Positions 47,652 to 57,683 of a DNA stretch of 64,000 nt are shown in pieces. A model generated the notes under the pieces. The model saw only the letters and a program-made list of their open reading frames with translations. It was not told where the DNA came from and did no database searches. The first letter of the stretch is position 1, and each line of letters opens with the position of its first letter. The DNA is from Verrucomicrobiia bacterium (GTDB lineage Bacteria > Verrucomicrobiota > Verrucomicrobiia > Limisphaerales > Palsa-1400), in assembly GCA_036268455.1 (NCBI GenBank), contig DATAUD010000096.1, positions 31,577 through 95,576 of the forward strand, written 5' to 3'. The translations under genes and the position numbers were made by a program.

Positions 47652-49574
47652 TTATTTGTCGGCAATCCACACTTCCATGTCGCCTTTTCCCCGGTTGGCC
47701 CAGGCGTAATAAGGAATCGCCTTCACATTTTCCCCCTTGATGGTTTCGACGCCGTTCAAAAGGTCCGGCTCAAATTGCGCCGTCAATTTCTCGTTATCCG
47801 GCAACACCACGTCTCGCACCTCAACTCCCGGATTGTCCGGCCATTCCAGACAATAAACAATTGGTCCGCGTTGCAGCGCGATCCGGCCCCGGTCCGCCTT
47901 CACATCTTCACGCGCCGCGACCCTCCGCACCGGCATCGGCAAGTTCAATTCCACTACGTCGCCCTTCTTCCATTTCCGCTCGATCACCGCGTAACCTTTG
48001 TCCATCTTGATTGCGGCGCTCTTCCCGTTGACTTCCAGCGACGGCGTTTCGCTTTCTTTGTCAATAAACGTGTACAAACCGCCCGGCACAGCCTCATCCC
48101 GCGCCCACCCGGGCACTCGGACGCGCAACGCAAATCTCGACGATTTTTCCGGGCTGACCTTGATTTTCACCGCGCCGTCCCACGGATACCGCGTCTCCTG
48201 CGTCACCGTCACCTTGGGGCCGTTTTCCAGTTTAATGTCCGCCACTCCCGACGCAAAAAGATTCACATAAATGGACTTCCCCTGCCGCCCATAAAAATAA
48301 CCGGGGACCGACGCCATAAACCGCGTGATGTTCCCCGGACAACAGGCGCACCCAAACCACGGGCTTCGCGCGTCCTTGCCCGCTGATGCCAGCGGATTCG
48401 GATAAAAGAAAAGCTTTCCGTCCAGCGAGACGCCCGAAAGCAGCCCGTTGTAAAGCGTCCGCTCGAAGACATCCACATATTGCGCGTCGCCGTGAAGCAG
48501 GAAGAGGCGCTCGTTCCAAAAATCGTTTGCCACAGCCGCGCAAGTCTCGCAATAAGCGTTCATATTCGGCAGAAAATAATCCGCGCCAAAAGCCTCCCCC
48601 CTCGGGACGGCGCCAATGCCTCCTGTAATATATAATTTATCCTCCACCGCGTTTCCCCAAATCTTGTCTATCGCGTTCAGGTAAGCCGGATCGCCCGTCA
48701 GCGCCGCCACATCCGCCATCCCGCTATAAAGATAGCCCGCCCGCACCGCGTGCCCGATGGCCTCCGTTTGCTCGACCGGCTTGATGCGCGACTGGTGATA
48801 ATCATCCCCACCGGGCCCGCGAACATCGATGAAGTACTTTGCCAGGTCAAGGTAGCGCTGCTCGCCGGTGATCCGGTAAAGCTTCACCAGCCCCATTTCG
48901 ACAACTTCGTGTCCGGGCCACAGGTGCAACTGGTTCGTCCCCGGCCCAAACGTCTTGCAAAGCAGGTCCGCCTCCTTGAGCGCAACGTGGAGCAAATTCG
49001 TCTCACCCGTCGCCTGATAATGCGCCGCCGCCGCTTCGAAGAGGTGTCCTGCATCGTAAAGTTCATGGCTCAAATCTGGATCGCGCAGCCACCGCACCGG
49101 ACCCGACCACGGATGCGGATGCTTCGGGTTGATCGTGCGCGCCGTGTAAAGATACCCGTCCGGTTCCTGCGCCGCCGCAATCTCCCCAATCACCTTGTCC
49201 AGATACGCGCGCAGTTTCGCATCCGGTTGCACCGCAAGGGCGTAAGAGGCGCCTTCGAGCACTTTATAAACATCCGTATCATCGAACGGGTATCCGGGGG
49301 GATTTGTGTTCGACAGAGTCTCGCCGCGAAGGGCCTTCGCCGCCCGCAAAAAATTATCCATTCGCCCCGTCTCCTCGCATTTCTCAAACGCAAACGGGAT
49401 CGTCGTCACCCGATTCGTCTCGATGCGCGGCGCCCAAAACTCATCCGTCAGGTGCACCGCCGTAAACGGCACCGGCTGCACCGGATAATCCCGCGCCGGC
49501 CCCTCCGCCATCAACCCGGCGGCGAAGCAAATCCAACTCATTAGTCCGATGGCTATTCTCCTACCTGTGTTCAT
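47652..49574 (-). CDS. Glycoside hydrolase family 127 (beta-L-arabinofuranosidase, HypBA1-like / DUF1680)
   Basis: Signal peptide, and the GH127 Cys-rich catalytic block SPWFGCACCPGNITRFMASVPGY. Lies next to the araBAD genes. Confidence 0.85.
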   Translation of the reverse strand: MNTGRRIAIGLMSWICFAAGLMAEGPARDYPVQPVPFTAVHLTDEFWAPRIETNRVTTIPFAFEKCEETGRMDNFLRAAKALRGETLSNTNPPGYPFDDTDVYKVLEGASYALAVQPDAKLRAYLDKVIGEIAAAQEPDGYLYTARTINPKHPHPWSGPVRWLRDPDLSHELYDAGHLFEAAAAHYQATGETNLLHVALKEADLLCKTFGPGTNQLHLWPGHEVVEMGLVKLYRITGEQRYLDLAKYFIDVRGPGGDDYHQSRIKPVEQTEAIGHAVRAGYLYSGMADVAALTGDPAYLNAIDKIWGNAVEDKLYITGGIGAVPRGEAFGADYFLPNMNAYCETCAAVANDFWNERLFLLHGDAQYVDVFERTLYNGLLSGVSLDGKLFFYPNPLASAGKDARSPWFGCACCPGNITRFMASVPGYFYGRQGKSIYVNLFASGVADIKLENGPKVTVTQETRYPWDGAVKIKVSPEKSSRFALRVRVPGWARDEAVPGGLYTFIDKESETPSLEVNGKSAAIKMDKGYAVIERKWKKGDVVELNLPMPVRRVAAREDVKADRGRIALQRGPIVYCLEWPDNPGVEVRDVVLPDNEKLTAQFEPDLLNGVETIKGENVKAIPYYAWANRGKGDMEVWIADK

Positions 49575-50721
49575 ATTTTTTAATCGAATTTGCGGCCTCC
49601 GATTCTCCTTCGATCATTGGCAGAACCAGCCGTTCAATACCCGTCGCCACCAAACCCGCCGTCCGCCGTCGCGGCGCGCTCTCCACTTCCACCCGTCCCA
49701 ATCGCGCCCAAAGACTCCCGCGTTCGATCGCCGCCGCAAGGTATCGCAACACCGCCGGATGCAATTCCGCAAGGCAACCCGTTACCACGACCCGCCGCAG
49801 TCCCCAAACATTCAGCGCGCCCGCGATAATCCCCGCCGCCGATTCCAGCGTTTCCGCCAGCCACGGCACAATCCCCTGCCCCGCGATGAATCGGACGAAT
49901 GACACCCAGCTTGCGTCCCCCTTCGGACGAAACTCGGCGAAGCTTCGCAACAAACCCGAAGTCGAGACCAGCGTTTCCAGGCAGCCCACTCCCCCGCAAC
50001 CGCATGGCCGCCTGTTCCCCAAAACCGGCGTGTGCCCCAATTCACCGCTGATCGGCAGCGGCGGAACAAACGGTTTTCCGCCGATCATCGCCGCGCCGCC
50101 GACGCCTTCCCCAAAATCCACCAGCAGAAAATCCTCCTGCGTTGGCGCCGCCGCCTGATGCCCCAACGCCAGTGCCCGTTCCTCCTGCACAAGAGCGATG
50201 GGCGCGTTCCAAATCTGTCTCATCAATCCCGGCAGCACCGCCCCTTCCGTCCAGTGCAAATTAGGCGAAAAAAGCACCGTCCCATTTTTCTCATCCACAA
50301 CCCCCGGCACACTCGCCACCACACCCCAAAGCCCTTTGCCAACCATCCGGCCCGCCGCCTTTCCCAGCGCTATCCGCCACTGCGATGGCGAGGGCGGCGT
50401 CGCAAATTGAATCCGCCACGCGTCTTCACCAATGGCGCCGACCGGCGCCGCGCTTACGCTGGTTTCCGTCACCCCCAACTGGATCGTCACCAGCCTCGGG
50501 CGGCGCGTATCGAAGCGTAGCATTCGCCCTGGGCGACCGAGCGTGGCCGTTTGCCGGCGGTCCTCGTCAAACTCCTGCAATAGACCGATCTCCAGCATCT
50601 CGTCCACAATCTTCCCCGATGTTGGCTGGCTCAATCCCAGCGATTTCGCCAATTCCGCCCGCGATGCGCTCCCCAGCAATTGCAAACGCGCCAGCAGGGC
50701 GCGCTTGTTCCATTGTCCCAT
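49561..50721 (-). CDS. ROK-family transcriptional regulator (NagC/XylR-like)
   Basis: An N-terminal wHTH (LARLQLLGSASRAELAKSLGLSQPTSGKIVDEMLEIGLL), a ROK sugar-kinase fold and the zinc motif CGCGGVGCLE. Its 3' end overlaps the GH127 start by 14 nt. Confidence 0.75.
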   Translation of the reverse strand: MGQWNKRALLARLQLLGSASRAELAKSLGLSQPTSGKIVDEMLEIGLLQEFDEDRRQTATLGRPGRMLRFDTRRPRLVTIQLGVTETSVSAAPVGAIGEDAWRIQFATPPSPSQWRIALGKAAGRMVGKGLWGVVASVPGVVDEKNGTVLFSPNLHWTEGAVLPGLMRQIWNAPIALVQEERALALGHQAAAPTQEDFLLVDFGEGVGGAAMIGGKPFVPPLPISGELGHTPVLGNRRPCGCGGVGCLETLVSTSGLLRSFAEFRPKGDASWVSFVRFIAGQGIVPWLAETLESAAGIIAGALNVWGLRRVVVTGCLAELHPAVLRYLAAAIERGSLWARLGRVEVESAPRRRTAGLVATGIERLVLPMIEGESEAANSIKKYEHR

Positions 50722-50844
50722 TTTCGACGGCACGAGGATCACAATACTTAAGAAACCTATTTATCTCGGCCAATGCAAGCCTTCTTGCGGACCTCTCGCA
50801 GGAATGTTTTGACAAATTTTGCGGAGACGTAAACGATCTCTACC

Positions 50845-51453
50845 ATGAGCGTTGAACTACAGGAATCGGTCCTGGTCGTCCCGCGGGCGATCATTGATCC
50901 CTTCTGCAAAACCGCCTTCACCCAGGACCCCGCGCCGATCGAAAAGGCCGTTCTCGCCAATTGCCGCTTCTTGCAACGCACTCAGGCCGAAAAAGACTAC
51001 AATTTCAAGCAAGTCATCCCGTACGTCGTCGTTCGGCACGAGAACCAATACCTGTTGATCTGGCGGACGAGCAAACAGACCGAAGCCCGCCTGCACAATC
51101 TTTATTCGCTCGGCGTCGGCGGCCACATCAACGACACCGACATCCCCTCCGCCGCCAACAACATCATTCTCACCGGAATGCGCCGCGAATTGACCGAAGA
51201 AATCACCGTCGAAGGCGAGCAATCGTGCAAGCTCGTTGGCATCATCAACGACGACTCCACCGATGTTTCTCGCGTTCACATGGGCTTCGTCTTCGTCCTG
51301 CGGACAGCCAGCGCGCATTACATGATAATGGAGCCCGAGAAATACACTGCCGCCTGGAAAACCGCCGCCGAACTCGCCGCCCATTACGACAAAATGGAAA
51401 CCTGGGCGCAAATCGTGTACGATCACATCGTCAAGCGCGCCGTCACGAACTAA
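50845..51453 (+). CDS. NUDIX hydrolase family protein
   Basis: Nudix box GGHINDTD...ILTGMRRELTEEITVEG (Gx5Ex7REUxEExGU). Confidence 0.6.
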   Translation: MSVELQESVLVVPRAIIDPFCKTAFTQDPAPIEKAVLANCRFLQRTQAEKDYNFKQVIPYVVVRHENQYLLIWRTSKQTEARLHNLYSLGVGGHINDTDIPSAANNIILTGMRRELTEEITVEGEQSCKLVGIINDDSTDVSRVHMGFVFVLRTASAHYMIMEPEKYTAAWKTAAELAAHYDKMETWAQIVYDHIVKRAVTN

Positions 51454-51458
51454 TCGTT

Positions 51459-51983
51459 ATGAACGACCAACCTGAAAACAAGTCAGGCTCATCCTGCGGG
51501 GCCGTGCCGTGGCTCTTCATGTGCGGGACCGTTGCCTACATCGCTTACCTCGTTCTGACGCCGCACACTCAGCCCACGCCGCGCCTTTGGGTCCCCGTAG
51601 TCGTCGAGACCAACGGCAGCCAGACCATCCTGGGAGAATCACGTCAACTCGAATTCTGGACCCCTTCCGCCAGGACCAAGGATTACCTTGGCAAAAAGAA
51701 CGGTGTTGTTGGCCAAAGGGAAAGATGGGAAGTGATAGACAGCGACGACATCGTCACCCAATTCGGCGCGGTTCTGCACTCCAACGTCAGCGTCTTTGGT
51801 TATCGAAGAGTCGAAGAGTGGGGCCAGGGCCGGACGACCTTCAAACCCGGCTGGTGGTGGACCATGAACGTCACCACCAACTATTCCGTCGTCGAACTGG
51901 AGCAAGTCTATCAAAAATTCTGGCATTCGACCCAACCCTTGCTCATCGAAGTAATCGACAACCGCGGCAGCGCTGAAAAGTGA
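51459..51983 (+). CDS. Hypothetical membrane-anchored protein (175 aa)
   Basis: MNDQPENKSGSSCGAVPWLFMCGTVAYIAYLVLT (one TM helix) followed by a Trp-rich soluble domain. The ORF-track entry 50961..51983 is the same frame running open upstream across the NUDIX gene; that upstream part is Arg-rich GC-frame artefact. Confidence 0.4.
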   Translation: MNDQPENKSGSSCGAVPWLFMCGTVAYIAYLVLTPHTQPTPRLWVPVVVETNGSQTILGESRQLEFWTPSARTKDYLGKKNGVVGQRERWEVIDSDDIVTQFGAVLHSNVSVFGYRRVEEWGQGRTTFKPGWWWTMNVTTNYSVVELEQVYQKFWHSTQPLLIEVIDNRGSAEK

Positions 51984-52012
51984 TCTCCGCAACATTTTCG
52001 GGAATCTACAGC

Positions 52013-52597
52013 CTAATCCGTCTTATACAAATGAGGATGCAGAATCCCAACGAACGGCAGGTTGCGATAGCGTTCGGCATAGTCCAATCCATATCCAACC
52101 ACAAAATGATTCGGAATGATGAAGCCGACATAATCCGCCGCGATTTTTTCGGCGCGCCTCGATGGTTTGTCCAATAAAACGCAAATCTTGATCCGCCGCG
52201 GTTTCAGCTTTCCAAGCTTGGCGGTTACGCGCGACAACGTCCGGCCAGTGTCCAAAATGTCATCCACCACCAAAACGTCGCGGCCTTCAACATCCAATCG
52301 CAATTCCTTCGTAAAAACCAGTTCAGATGATTCCGTGCCCGCGCCGTAGCTGGAAACGCCAATAAAGTCCAATCTCAACGGCATCGAAAGACGGCGCAAC
52401 AAATCGGCGAGAAATACAACCGTGCCATTCAACAGGGCGACGATGACGAGATCACGCTCGGCAAAGTCTTTTTGGATTTCGCGCGCGAGGCTGGCAACGC
52501 GGCGCGCAAGAGCTTGTTCGGAAATAAGGACGGACTCAATCTCTTTGCGCCAATGCTGGGGCGGTTCTGTCTTGCGACGCGGCATGACCCTGACCAT
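52013..52597 (-). CDS. hpt: Hypoxanthine-guanine phosphoribosyltransferase
   Basis: PRPP-binding motif VLVVDDILDTGRTL and the flanking HPRT blocks. Confidence 0.85.
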   Translation of the reverse strand: MVRVMPRRKTEPPQHWRKEIESVLISEQALARRVASLAREIQKDFAERDLVIVALLNGTVVFLADLLRRLSMPLRLDFIGVSSYGAGTESSELVFTKELRLDVEGRDVLVVDDILDTGRTLSRVTAKLGKLKPRRIKICVLLDKPSRRAEKIAADYVGFIIPNHFVVGYGLDYAERYRNLPFVGILHPHLYKTD

Positions 52598-52650
52598 ACG
52601 GAGAAAGTTTAAGGTTTAAAGATCAAAGTTGAACCATTATATAAGAAGGC

Positions 52651-53286
52651 ATGCCTCATTTACTGGCAGCGGGCGGATTAATGATTTGGCTGATCGTGGC
52701 CACCAGCGCGGTGGCCTTGAGCGTTTTTCTGGAACGGCTCCTGCAATATCACCGCGACCAAATCAATTCCACTGAATTTCTAAACGGCGTGCGCAATGTT
52801 CTCAAAAGGGACAACATCGTGGAAGCTCTGGCCATTTGCGACGCCACGCCGGGGCCGGTGCCGCGCCTGGTGAAGGTCGCCATTCTCAATCGGGAGCGCG
52901 GGCGCGAAGCGGTGCGCGAAGCGTTGGAAGACGCCGGTTCGTGGGAGGTTCCCCGCCTGGAACAAAAACTCAATCTGCTGGCGACGATCGCCCAAATCGC
53001 GCCGCTGCTGGGCCTGCTGGGGACCGTTCTCGGTTTCATGTCGGTTTTTCGCGTGGTGCAGGATGAAGGAATGAACGCGCATGTCGGCGCGCTTTCTGCC
53101 GGCATCTGGCAATCCTTGATTTGCACGGCGGGGGGTCTTGCCGTTTCGATTCCTTCCTACGCCGGTTACAATTACCTGGTAAGTAGAGTCAATACTATTG
53201 TTTTGGACATGGAACAGGTTTCGAGCGAAATTCTCAACATCGTTTCGGCGCCCCCAGGGGAAACGGCGCCCGCTCGAACGGCATGA
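52651..53286 (+). CDS. exbB: MotA/TolQ/ExbB proton-channel family protein
   Basis: Three TM helices and the conserved C-terminal block LLGLLGTVLGFMSVF...GIWQSLICTAGGLAVSIP. Confidence 0.8.
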   Translation: MPHLLAAGGLMIWLIVATSAVALSVFLERLLQYHRDQINSTEFLNGVRNVLKRDNIVEALAICDATPGPVPRLVKVAILNRERGREAVREALEDAGSWEVPRLEQKLNLLATIAQIAPLLGLLGTVLGFMSVFRVVQDEGMNAHVGALSAGIWQSLICTAGGLAVSIPSYAGYNYLVSRVNTIVLDMEQVSSEILNIVSAPPGETAPARTA

Positions 53287-53711
53287 GGTTTGCCCGTCAG
53301 GCCAGGATTTTTCGCGGTCCGCTGGACCCAGCGCCGGTCGCCAGCGTGCTCATGCTGCTGGTTATTTTCATATTGATGGCGTCCTTGCTTTACACGCCGG
53401 GTGTGCTGATTCACCTGCCCACGGGGGATCGCCTCAGCGTAACAGACAATCCGACCATCGTCGTGGCGGTCGATTCCGGCGGTCAATATTATTTTGACAA
53501 TACGCCTGTGCAGGAAGCGGAGTTGAAGGCGGCGCTGAAGGCGCGGTTGCAAAGCGCCGGAGGCGCCTCCATTAATTTAACGATGATTTTGTGGGCGGAT
53601 AAGGACGCCAAAATTGAAACGATCGCGCACCTGGAGGCGCTGGCCAAATCGGTGGGCATTCCCTCCGTTTTGATCGCGGAACGGCCACCCGCCTTTGGCC
53701 CGCAACGATGA
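53283..53711 (+). CDS. exbD: ExbD/TolR biopolymer transport protein
   Basis: A single TM helix (VASVLMLLVIFILMA) and a periplasmic domain. A 4-nt overlap with exbB. Confidence 0.8.
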   Translation: MRFARQARIFRGPLDPAPVASVLMLLVIFILMASLLYTPGVLIHLPTGDRLSVTDNPTIVVAVDSGGQYYFDNTPVQEAELKAALKARLQSAGGASINLTMILWADKDAKIETIAHLEALAKSVGIPSVLIAERPPAFGPQR

Positions 53712-54478
53712 AGGTTCTCACGCAACACTTTTTCGTCTGGACGCGTGGGCAATTTCTCGCGGCCATTGGAGTTTTCTTTGTCTTGCAGGCGAACTTGATT
53801 TTCCTTTTCGGGGCGCGCTCCATGAAGACTGCCGAAGCCGCCCTGCCTTCCACTCATTTTCGAACACTGGCCGCGCCGATGACCGAGGATGAACTGACGC
53901 GGCTTTTTTTTGCCAGCGACCCCACAGTCTTCTCCTGGGCCAGTCCGCATGGCTTTTCCGGCCGCGCGTGGATGGACCAGCCGGCTGTGGAATTTCAATC
54001 CACAAACCAGCTTGAAGCGCCGCTTTGGCTCACGTTGGCTACGGCAAAGCTGGGAACCGGATTCGCCAAGGTGGCTCACGCGGATGTCATTGAGCCGCTG
54101 GCGCTTGCCCGATTGGATCTGCCGCAGTTGGAGCCCCTCCCGGCGTTTCTTCCCGCGGAGGTTTTTCCAACGGAATCGGTTTTCCACATCGAAGGCAACG
54201 TGAAGGATCGTCTCATGGGCGCGGCGCCGGAGCTTCAGACATGGCCCAGCGCGCAGTTATTGTCAAATACAGTCGTGCAAATCGCGGTCAGTCACGCCGG
54301 AGATGTGATGGCGACCCGGCTGCTGTCTCGATCTGGTTCCACTGACGCCGATGGTGATGCCCTGGCCAAGGCAAGGGCTTTGCGATTCCGGCCTTCGGCT
54401 GACCCGCGGACAATTTGGTCGCGAGCCACCTTCCAATGGCAAACTTCGGCGCCGGCCAAAGGCGGCCCGCCACCATGA
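53708..54478 (+). CDS. TonB-family energy transducer (C-terminal TonB-like domain; the proline-rich linker is reduced)
   Basis: An N-terminal TM helix, a C-terminal ...NTVVQIAVSHAGDVMATRLLSRSG....ALAKARALRFRP block, and a 4-nt overlap with exbD. Confidence 0.55.
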   Translation: MKVLTQHFFVWTRGQFLAAIGVFFVLQANLIFLFGARSMKTAEAALPSTHFRTLAAPMTEDELTRLFFASDPTVFSWASPHGFSGRAWMDQPAVEFQSTNQLEAPLWLTLATAKLGTGFAKVAHADVIEPLALARLDLPQLEPLPAFLPAEVFPTESVFHIEGNVKDRLMGAAPELQTWPSAQLLSNTVVQIAVSHAGDVMATRLLSRSGSTDADGDALAKARALRFRPSADPRTIWSRATFQWQTSAPAKGGPPP

Positions 54479-54490
54479 GAGGTTTTTGAG

Positions 54491-54715
54491 ATGTCATCGG
54501 AGAAGCTCATTTGCGCCTATGTGCTTTCTTTGCTTGCGGGGATTTCCATCCTGGCCGTATATTCCGAGATACGCAGCAGGCGTTTTGGGCCGGCGCGAAA
54601 ACAGGACCGCATATTCCGTTGCGAGCGTTGCGGCGCGGTCTATACGGACGACGCGGACGTGGACCGTTCGCGGTGCTCGCAGTGCGGAACACTCAACGAA
54701 CCGTTTGAGTTTTGA
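54491..54715 (+). CDS. Small membrane protein with a C-terminal zinc-ribbon (CxxC...CxxC)
   Basis: A TM helix (LICAYVLSLLAGISILAVY), then FRCERCGAVYTDD...SRCSQCGT. Confidence 0.4.
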   Translation: MSSEKLICAYVLSLLAGISILAVYSEIRSRRFGPARKQDRIFRCERCGAVYTDDADVDRSRCSQCGTLNEPFEF

Positions 54716-54748
54716 ACCCAATTTAATCTTTAGACTTGACATTAATAT

Positions 54749-55927
54749 ATGGGAATGTGGATCGGACGAAATCGAAAAGCGCGCGTCACCTATGGTTTTG
54801 ACGAAATTGCCCTGGTCCCGGGCGAAATCACCATCAACCCCAACGAAGTCGATACTTCCTTTAAGATCCCGCGCAAGGACGGCAGTTTCATCGAGCTTAA
54901 AATCCCCATAATCGCCAGCGCAATGGATGGTGTGACGGACGTCACGTTTTGCGTCGAGATGGGAAAGCTCGGCGGACTTGGCGTGATCAACCTCGAAGGT
55001 GTGCAAACCCGCTACGCCAATCCCGCGGAGGTCCTGGATCAAATCGTCAAGGCCGGCAAGGAAGACGTCACGTCGCTGATCCAGGGATTTTACACCGAGC
55101 CGATCCAGGAGGAGTTGATCGCCAGGCGCGTGCGAGAATTGAAGGAGGGCGGCGTGCTGGCTGCCGTCAGTTCCATTCCGCAAAAGGCGGAGCGTTTCGG
55201 GTGCATCGCGCAGGAGGCTGGGGCCGATTTATTCGTGGTGCAATCGACGGTTTCGACGGTCAAACATGTTTCCACCGAATACAAATCGCTCGATCTGGCC
55301 GCTTTTTGCCGCACAATGAATGTTCCCGTCATCATCGGCAACGCGGTCACTTACGACGTGACCCGTGAATTGATGGGATGCGGTGTCGCGGGTGTATTGG
55401 TTGGAGTCGGACCGGGAGCGGCTTGCACCAGTCGCGGAGTGCTCGGTTTGGGCGTCCCACAAGTCACGGCGACTGTGGATTGCGCCGCGGCGCGCGATTA
55501 TTATCACAAGAAAACCGGCCGCTACATTCCGATCATCACGGATGGCGGCATGAGCAAGGGGGGCGATGTCTGCAAGGCGCTCGCCTGCGGCTCGGATGCC
55601 GTCATGGTTGGAAGCGCCTTTGCCCGCGCCAAGGAAGCGCCCGGCAAAGGAAATCACTGGGGCATGGCGACCCCGCACGCCAATCTGCCGCGAGGAACTC
55701 GAATCAAAGTCGGCCTCAGCGGTTCGCTAAAGCAGATTCTTTTTGGTCCCGCAACAGTTGACGACGGATCGCAAAATCTGGTCGGCGCCATTACAACGTG
55801 CATGGGAAACGTCGGCGCGGCGACAATTCGGGAATTTCAAGAAACCGAAATCATCATCGCGCCGAGCATCAAGACGGAAGGCAAGCTCTTCCAAACCGTC
55901 CAAAGCGTCGGAATGGGAACGCGGTAG
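54749..55927 (+). CDS. IMP dehydrogenase / GMP reductase family protein (no CBS subdomain)
   Basis: A TIM-barrel IMPDH core with GFDEIALVPGEITINPNEVDT, IIASAMDGVTDV, the catalytic-loop region GVGPGAACTSRGVLGLGVPQ and ITDGGMSKGGDVCKALACG. Confidence 0.75.
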   Translation: MGMWIGRNRKARVTYGFDEIALVPGEITINPNEVDTSFKIPRKDGSFIELKIPIIASAMDGVTDVTFCVEMGKLGGLGVINLEGVQTRYANPAEVLDQIVKAGKEDVTSLIQGFYTEPIQEELIARRVRELKEGGVLAAVSSIPQKAERFGCIAQEAGADLFVVQSTVSTVKHVSTEYKSLDLAAFCRTMNVPVIIGNAVTYDVTRELMGCGVAGVLVGVGPGAACTSRGVLGLGVPQVTATVDCAAARDYYHKKTGRYIPIITDGGMSKGGDVCKALACGSDAVMVGSAFARAKEAPGKGNHWGMATPHANLPRGTRIKVGLSGSLKQILFGPATVDDGSQNLVGAITTCMGNVGAATIREFQETEIIIAPSIKTEGKLFQTVQSVGMGTR

Positions 55928-55948
55928 GCCGCGTCCCCGCGCTCAACG

Positions 55949-56800
55949 TCACGGCTGCTCTTCGTCGGCGATTGGGCGTATCCAGATGTTGCGGAATCGA
56001 ATGGGATTCCCGTGATCCTGCAAGGCCAGCGGCCCGGTTTCCGGCAGCTCCTTTTTATAGTTCGCCAAAATCTTGTGCCCTGTGGGTCCGAGAATCGCCT
56101 GATGATTATGAATTAGCACACCGTTTTGAATAACAGTGACATACGCGGGCCGGACCAATTGATGGTTTTCGTCCCAGCGCGCCGCTTGAAAGATGATATC
56201 GTAACTCTGCCATTCGCCAGGAATCTTGCAAACATTGATCAGGGGCGGTGTTTGCCCGTAAATCGCGCCGCACTGGCCATCGGCGTAGGTCGGATTGTTA
56301 TAACAATCGAGCACCTGGATTTCAAAAACTCCCTGGAGGAAAACGCCGCTGTTACCGCGCTCCTGGCTGTGACCGACGACATTTGTCGGTTCCGCCCATT
56401 CGATGTGCAATTGAAAATCGCCGAACTTTTCTTTGGTATAGATATAACCGCTGTGCGGCACGCATTCCATGGCATCGCCGTGGATTACCCATTTTGTGTC
56501 ATTTCCGTGCTCGTCCGTCCAATGAGAAAAGTCGCTTCCGTTAAAAAGAACCAGGGCATCCGCCGGCGGCGCCGCGCTTAGGCTATAGGTTTCCCCTGGC
56601 ACGATGACACTCGGCCTGGGCCGGTCTGGATCATGCACATGCCATTTGCCGGCGGGCAGCATGGGTGTGTCTGTATAACCGATTGGCGCGCCTGGGAACT
56701 CTTTGGGTCTGGATTCAGAAGCCGATTGAGCCTGCGTTGAAGAATACCCAAACATGCCGCCAAGGACGACAGCGCCGATTGTCCAAAAGATTTTTCGCAT
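55949..56800 (-). CDS. DUF1080 (3-keto-disaccharide hydrolase-like) secreted protein
   Basis: Signal peptide, then ...NSGVFLQG...LQDHGNPIRFRNIWIRP matches the DUF1080 signature. Confidence 0.8.
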   Translation of the reverse strand: MRKIFWTIGAVVLGGMFGYSSTQAQSASESRPKEFPGAPIGYTDTPMLPAGKWHVHDPDRPRPSVIVPGETYSLSAAPPADALVLFNGSDFSHWTDEHGNDTKWVIHGDAMECVPHSGYIYTKEKFGDFQLHIEWAEPTNVVGHSQERGNSGVFLQGVFEIQVLDCYNNPTYADGQCGAIYGQTPPLINVCKIPGEWQSYDIIFQAARWDENHQLVRPAYVTVIQNGVLIHNHQAILGPTGHKILANYKKELPETGPLALQDHGNPIRFRNIWIRPIADEEQP

Positions 56801-56905
56801 GACTGAAAATCAACATAACCCCGGCAAAATGCAATATTGTAATTTCCGCCCTTGGCGCTTTGACTTCCCGCGCATTTGGTACATACTCTCACGTTCGACC
56901 GAATT

Positions 56906-57679
56906 ATGAGTGAAGAATCGACCGCGGCGCTTCGCGCCGAACGCGATCGTCTGGCTCGCGCGCTTGCCGAGCGCACAGCCCAACTCGAGGCCGCCACCAA
57001 AGAATTTGAACAGTTCGCCTATTCCATTTCACACGACCTCCGCGCTCCGTTGCGGGCCATCGAAGGTTTTGCCCAGATTCTCGAGGAGGATTACACCGAA
57101 AAGCTCGACGCCGACGGCAATCGGTGCATCAAAATTCTGGCTTCCGGAGCGCACAAGGCTTCGCTGCTAATCGAAGACCTCCTCGGCCTTTCACGGTTGT
57201 CCCGGAACGCGTTCAATCCAAACGTTGTCAATATGAATGAATTGATCGCGCGGAAAATCTCCGATCTCGGCCCGGATGCCGCCAAAGCGCAAATTCGCGT
57301 GGACGACCTGCCGGAAGCCTGGGGTGATCACCATTGGCTTGCCACGGCTTTCGAGCAATTGCTCAAAAACGCCGTGAAATTCAGCCGCGGCCGGGAGCAA
57401 CCGGTCATCGAAATTGGCGGAAAAACAGAGGAAGGCCGGACAATTTATTACATTCGCGACAATGGCGTGGGATTCGACCAAAAATACGCCGAACGGCTCT
57501 TCGGGGTTTTCCAGCGACTCCACAGCGAAGACGAATTCGAGGGGCGCGGCATCGGTTTGGCCGTAGTGCAGCGCGTGGCGAATCGGCACAATGGAAAAAC
57601 GTGGGCCGAAGGCAAACTGGGAGAAGGCGCCACAGCTTATCTTTCTCTCCCAACGCGCGAAACAGCCTCAACCATTTAA
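56906..57679 (+). CDS. Soluble sensor histidine kinase (HisKA + HATPase_c, no TM or sensor domain)
   Basis: H-box FAYSISHDLRAPLRAI; N, G1 and G2 boxes (KNAVKF, RDNGVGF, GRGIGLAV). No adjacent response regulator. Confidence 0.75.
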   Translation: MSEESTAALRAERDRLARALAERTAQLEAATKEFEQFAYSISHDLRAPLRAIEGFAQILEEDYTEKLDADGNRCIKILASGAHKASLLIEDLLGLSRLSRNAFNPNVVNMNELIARKISDLGPDAAKAQIRVDDLPEAWGDHHWLATAFEQLLKNAVKFSRGREQPVIEIGGKTEEGRTIYYIRDNGVGFDQKYAERLFGVFQRLHSEDEFEGRGIGLAVVQRVANRHNGKTWAEGKLGEGATAYLSLPTRETASTI

Positions 57680-57683
57680 ACGC

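Noticed and set aside
50961-51458. Upstream 166 codons of the listed 340-aa plus-strand ORF
   Set aside because: This part overlaps the NUDIX gene out of frame and is extremely Arg-rich. Only the portion from the ATG at 51459, which has a TM helix and normal composition, was kept as a gene.
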